Shown here piece by piece: positions 61,782 to 64,000 of a DNA stretch of 64,000 nucleotides. The stretch is from Cyanophora paradoxa CCMP329 (taxonomy: Eukaryota > Plantae > Glaucophyta). The DNA lies in the NCBI GenBank assembly GCA_004431415.1, contig QPMI01000036.1:248001-312000 (forward strand), written 5' to 3'. The position numbers and the translations under genes were made by a program. The number at the start of each line of letters is the position of its first letter. The stretch's first letter is position 1. The notes beneath the pieces are model-generated. The model worked only from the letters and a program-made list of their open reading frames with translations. It searched no databases and was not told the DNA's origin.

Positions 61782-63459
61782 ATGTCTTTAGTTAGCGGCA
61801 GCGAGCGTCCCCGCTCGGTCCTCAAGCCGCCCGCGCCTTGCCAGAGCGGGGCGCCGCTGCTCACGCCGCTGACTGCTGGCGCAGATACTGCTGCACGCCA
61901 TCGTGAAGCTGCTGATGGAACAGAAAGATAAGCTCGTGCACCTGGAGGACAAGCTGAGCCAGAAGGCGAACGCGGTGGTGCGCGGCGCCGGCGGGGCGCG
62001 GGCGCGGCGGGGATGCGCTGACGGGGCCCGGCGGGGGCGGGCGCAGGACGTGATCGACGAGCTGGGGCTGATGAAGCGGCAGCTGGCGCTGCTGGAGAAG
62101 CTCGGGGTGGGGGCCGGGGAGCCGGCGGCGTCGACGGCGGACCTCTTCGGGCTGAAGGCTGCGGAGGAGGTGCTTGCGCGCGTCGAGGCTCTCGAGCGGG
62201 CCGCGGAGGCGCGCTTCGCGAAGAACGAGGACGAGCTGCTGGTGCTCACGGGCCGCGTCGCCAAGCTCGAGGCCGACCGCGTGCTCTGGGAGGAGGAGGC
62301 GGCGCAGCAGGCCGCCAAGCTGCAGCGCGGCCTCGAGGAGGTCCGCGAGGTGCGCCGCGACCTCGCCAGGAAGGCCGACCACTCCGAAGTCGCCGCCGTC
62401 GACGCCAAGGCCCGACCCCCGGCCCCCGCCCCCCCGGCCCGCCCCGGCGTCCCCCGAGGCGGCGGTGGGGCGCAGGTGGGGAAGATTGAGGAAGGGGTGG
62501 CGGCGCTGGAGCAGGGGGTGCTGCAGCTGAAGCGGAGCGTGGAGGGGCGGCTGTTCGAGGTGGAGCGGGAGGGGCGGCGGGCGGCGGAGCAGGTGGGGGA
62601 GGTGTACACGGCGTTCAAGGTGGTGGAGGCGGCGGCGGAGGACCACGGGCGGCAGCTCGGCGAGCTCTACCTCGTTAAGGCCGACGTAAATGCGCTCGCG
62701 GGCAAGGCGGAGGCCGGGTGGGTGGAGGAGGCGCTGGGGCGGCTGCGGCAGGAGCTGAATGCGCACCTCTTCGGCTGGGGCGACGACGTCGCCCGCCTCC
62801 GCGCCACCCTCGAGGCCCGCGCCCCCCGCCCGCCCGCACCCTCCACCCCGCTCACCCGCCCCGCAGAAGCTCGGCCTCATGATGAGCCTGCAGCCGGCCC
62901 CCGACTGCGGGGCGCGCCCGCCTCCCCTCTCCTCGCCCGCCTCCGCGCCCTGCGCTGACCGGGCGCGCGCGTGCAGCCTGAGTGCCACGTGCCGCCGATC
63001 GCCGGCCGCATGCACTTCCGCTGCATCAGCTGCGACCAGGTCGTCAACGCGTCGATACCCCCCGCGGGGCTCCCCACCCCCTCGAAGTGCGCCGGGGGCG
63101 GCGCGGGGAGGCTTCGGGGGGCCGACGGGGGGCGGGGCAGGGTGTTCAACGCGCGGGACGCGTTGCGGGAGGCGCTGGGCGGGCGCGAGGTGCCCCTCGT
63201 GGGGAAGGGGGCCGTCTACCGCGGGCGCCACTACCTCGAGGGGGCCTCCCCCGCGGCGCCCCCGCCCGGCGCTCCCGGCCCCGGCGAGGACCCCTTCCCG
63301 CCCTCTCCCGACCCCTCCTCGCCCTACGCCCCCTCCTCCCGCCCCATAACGAGCACCGCCGCCAGCCCGGGGCGCCTGCGCATGCCCCCCGTGCAGCCCG
63401 GCGGGTCCCCCCCAACTCTCCCCAGGAAACCCAACACCGCCCCGCTCTCCGCCAGGTAG
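61782..63459 (+). CDS. Coiled-coil protein with FRCISCD motif (DUF4795/QRICH2-like)
   Basis: Long heptad exons with 'LARKADHSEV' and 'LAGKAE' motifs, then GRMHFRCISCDQ; stop TAG ends 63459. Confidence 0.65.
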
Positions 63460-63643
63460 GCCCTCGCGAGCAGACTAGACGTGGCAGGCAGGCAGGCGGG
63501 CAGCGTACGGCGAAGTGGGCCATAGAATCGGTGAGTTCCTCGACGAAAATTAAAGAAAGCGAAGCGGCAGCAAGGGCGCTAGGCATGCGCAAGGCACGCC
63601 GGGCCTAGGGAAAGGGTGTGAGGGGGCCGGAGGCGGGCGGGGC

Positions 63644-64000
63644 CTAGTTCTTCTTGGCCTCCTTGGGGGCGTCCTTGGCGGGGGCGTCGGCCGGCTTGGC
63701 GTCGTGCTTGTGGGCCTCGTGCTCGATCGCCGTCGGCAGGTCCCCTGAGCCGCCGCCCCGCCCCTCAGCGAGGCTCTCCCGGCGCCGTGGCGGGCGGGCG
63801 CACCGTCGACGGGGGAGTCGAAGGGCTCGGCGCCCTCCTCGTCCGCCTTGGGCTGCAGCCCGAAGAAGCGCGCGAGGTAGATCCACTGCGAGACGCCCCA
63901 GAAGGTGTTCCCCAGCCGCAGGCCCCACGTCGCCGCGTACGGGATTGGCGAGTTCGGCATCGCCTGCCCGCGACGGTTCAGCGCGCCGGAGACGGGAACG
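63644..64000 (-). CDS. 3' end of an unidentified gene truncated by the window
   Basis: Exons ..PIPYAATWGLRLGNTFWGVSQWIYLARFFGLQP.. and GDLPTAIEHEAHKH..KEAKKN*, separated by a GTGCGC..TCAG intron. Confidence 0.6.
   Translation of the reverse strand, partial: RSRLRRAEPSRAGDAELANPVRGDVGPAAGEHLLGRLAVDLPRALLRAAAQGGRGGRRALRLPRRRCARPPRRRESLAEGRGGGSGDLPTAIEHEAHKHDAKPADAPAKDAPKEAKKN

Noticed and set aside
1-64000. Introner-type mobile introns, rRNA/tRNA genes, transposases
   Set aside because: Introns share composition but not alignable sequence, terminal repeats or target duplications; I recognised no structural RNA or transposase motifs.

Overview
Eukaryotic nuclear DNA, very GC-rich (roughly 75% by eye) and gene-dense, with many short (about 50-90 nt) spliceosomal introns, so most entries in the ORF track are artefacts. 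Phe-containing plastid-type presequences and a cyanobacterial-type membrane protein point to a primary-plastid alga; a glaucophyte such as Cyanophora is my inference only. I spliced about 16 genes by hand: ankyrin-repeat protein, TTLL12-like SET plus METTL13/EEF1AKMT4-like methyltransferase, multi-C2 protein, coiled-coil protein, RCC1-repeat protein, DUF4062-NACHT-TPR-WD40-AAR2-like protein, STT3, GNAT, BTB, PPPDE-like peptidase, RsmA/KsgA, PH-like and DUF4795-like proteins, and several unknowns. Positions 6.2-31.7 kb are a nested triplication whose copies differ, where compared, only by single-base indels mostly in G/C runs, probably an assembly artefact. The most unusual signals are architectural. 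(1) A G-block/C-block oscillation of synonymous codon choice (period about 230-320 bp) is phased with introns but persists inside intronless exons. (2) GC-AG introns are very frequent, with a G[T/C]SCGC donor. (3) Spacers downstream of genes are filled with interlocked palindromic micro-repeats and a recurring TCACTGAGTCA motif. Two unusual domain fusions and 8-15 nt micro-exons are also present.
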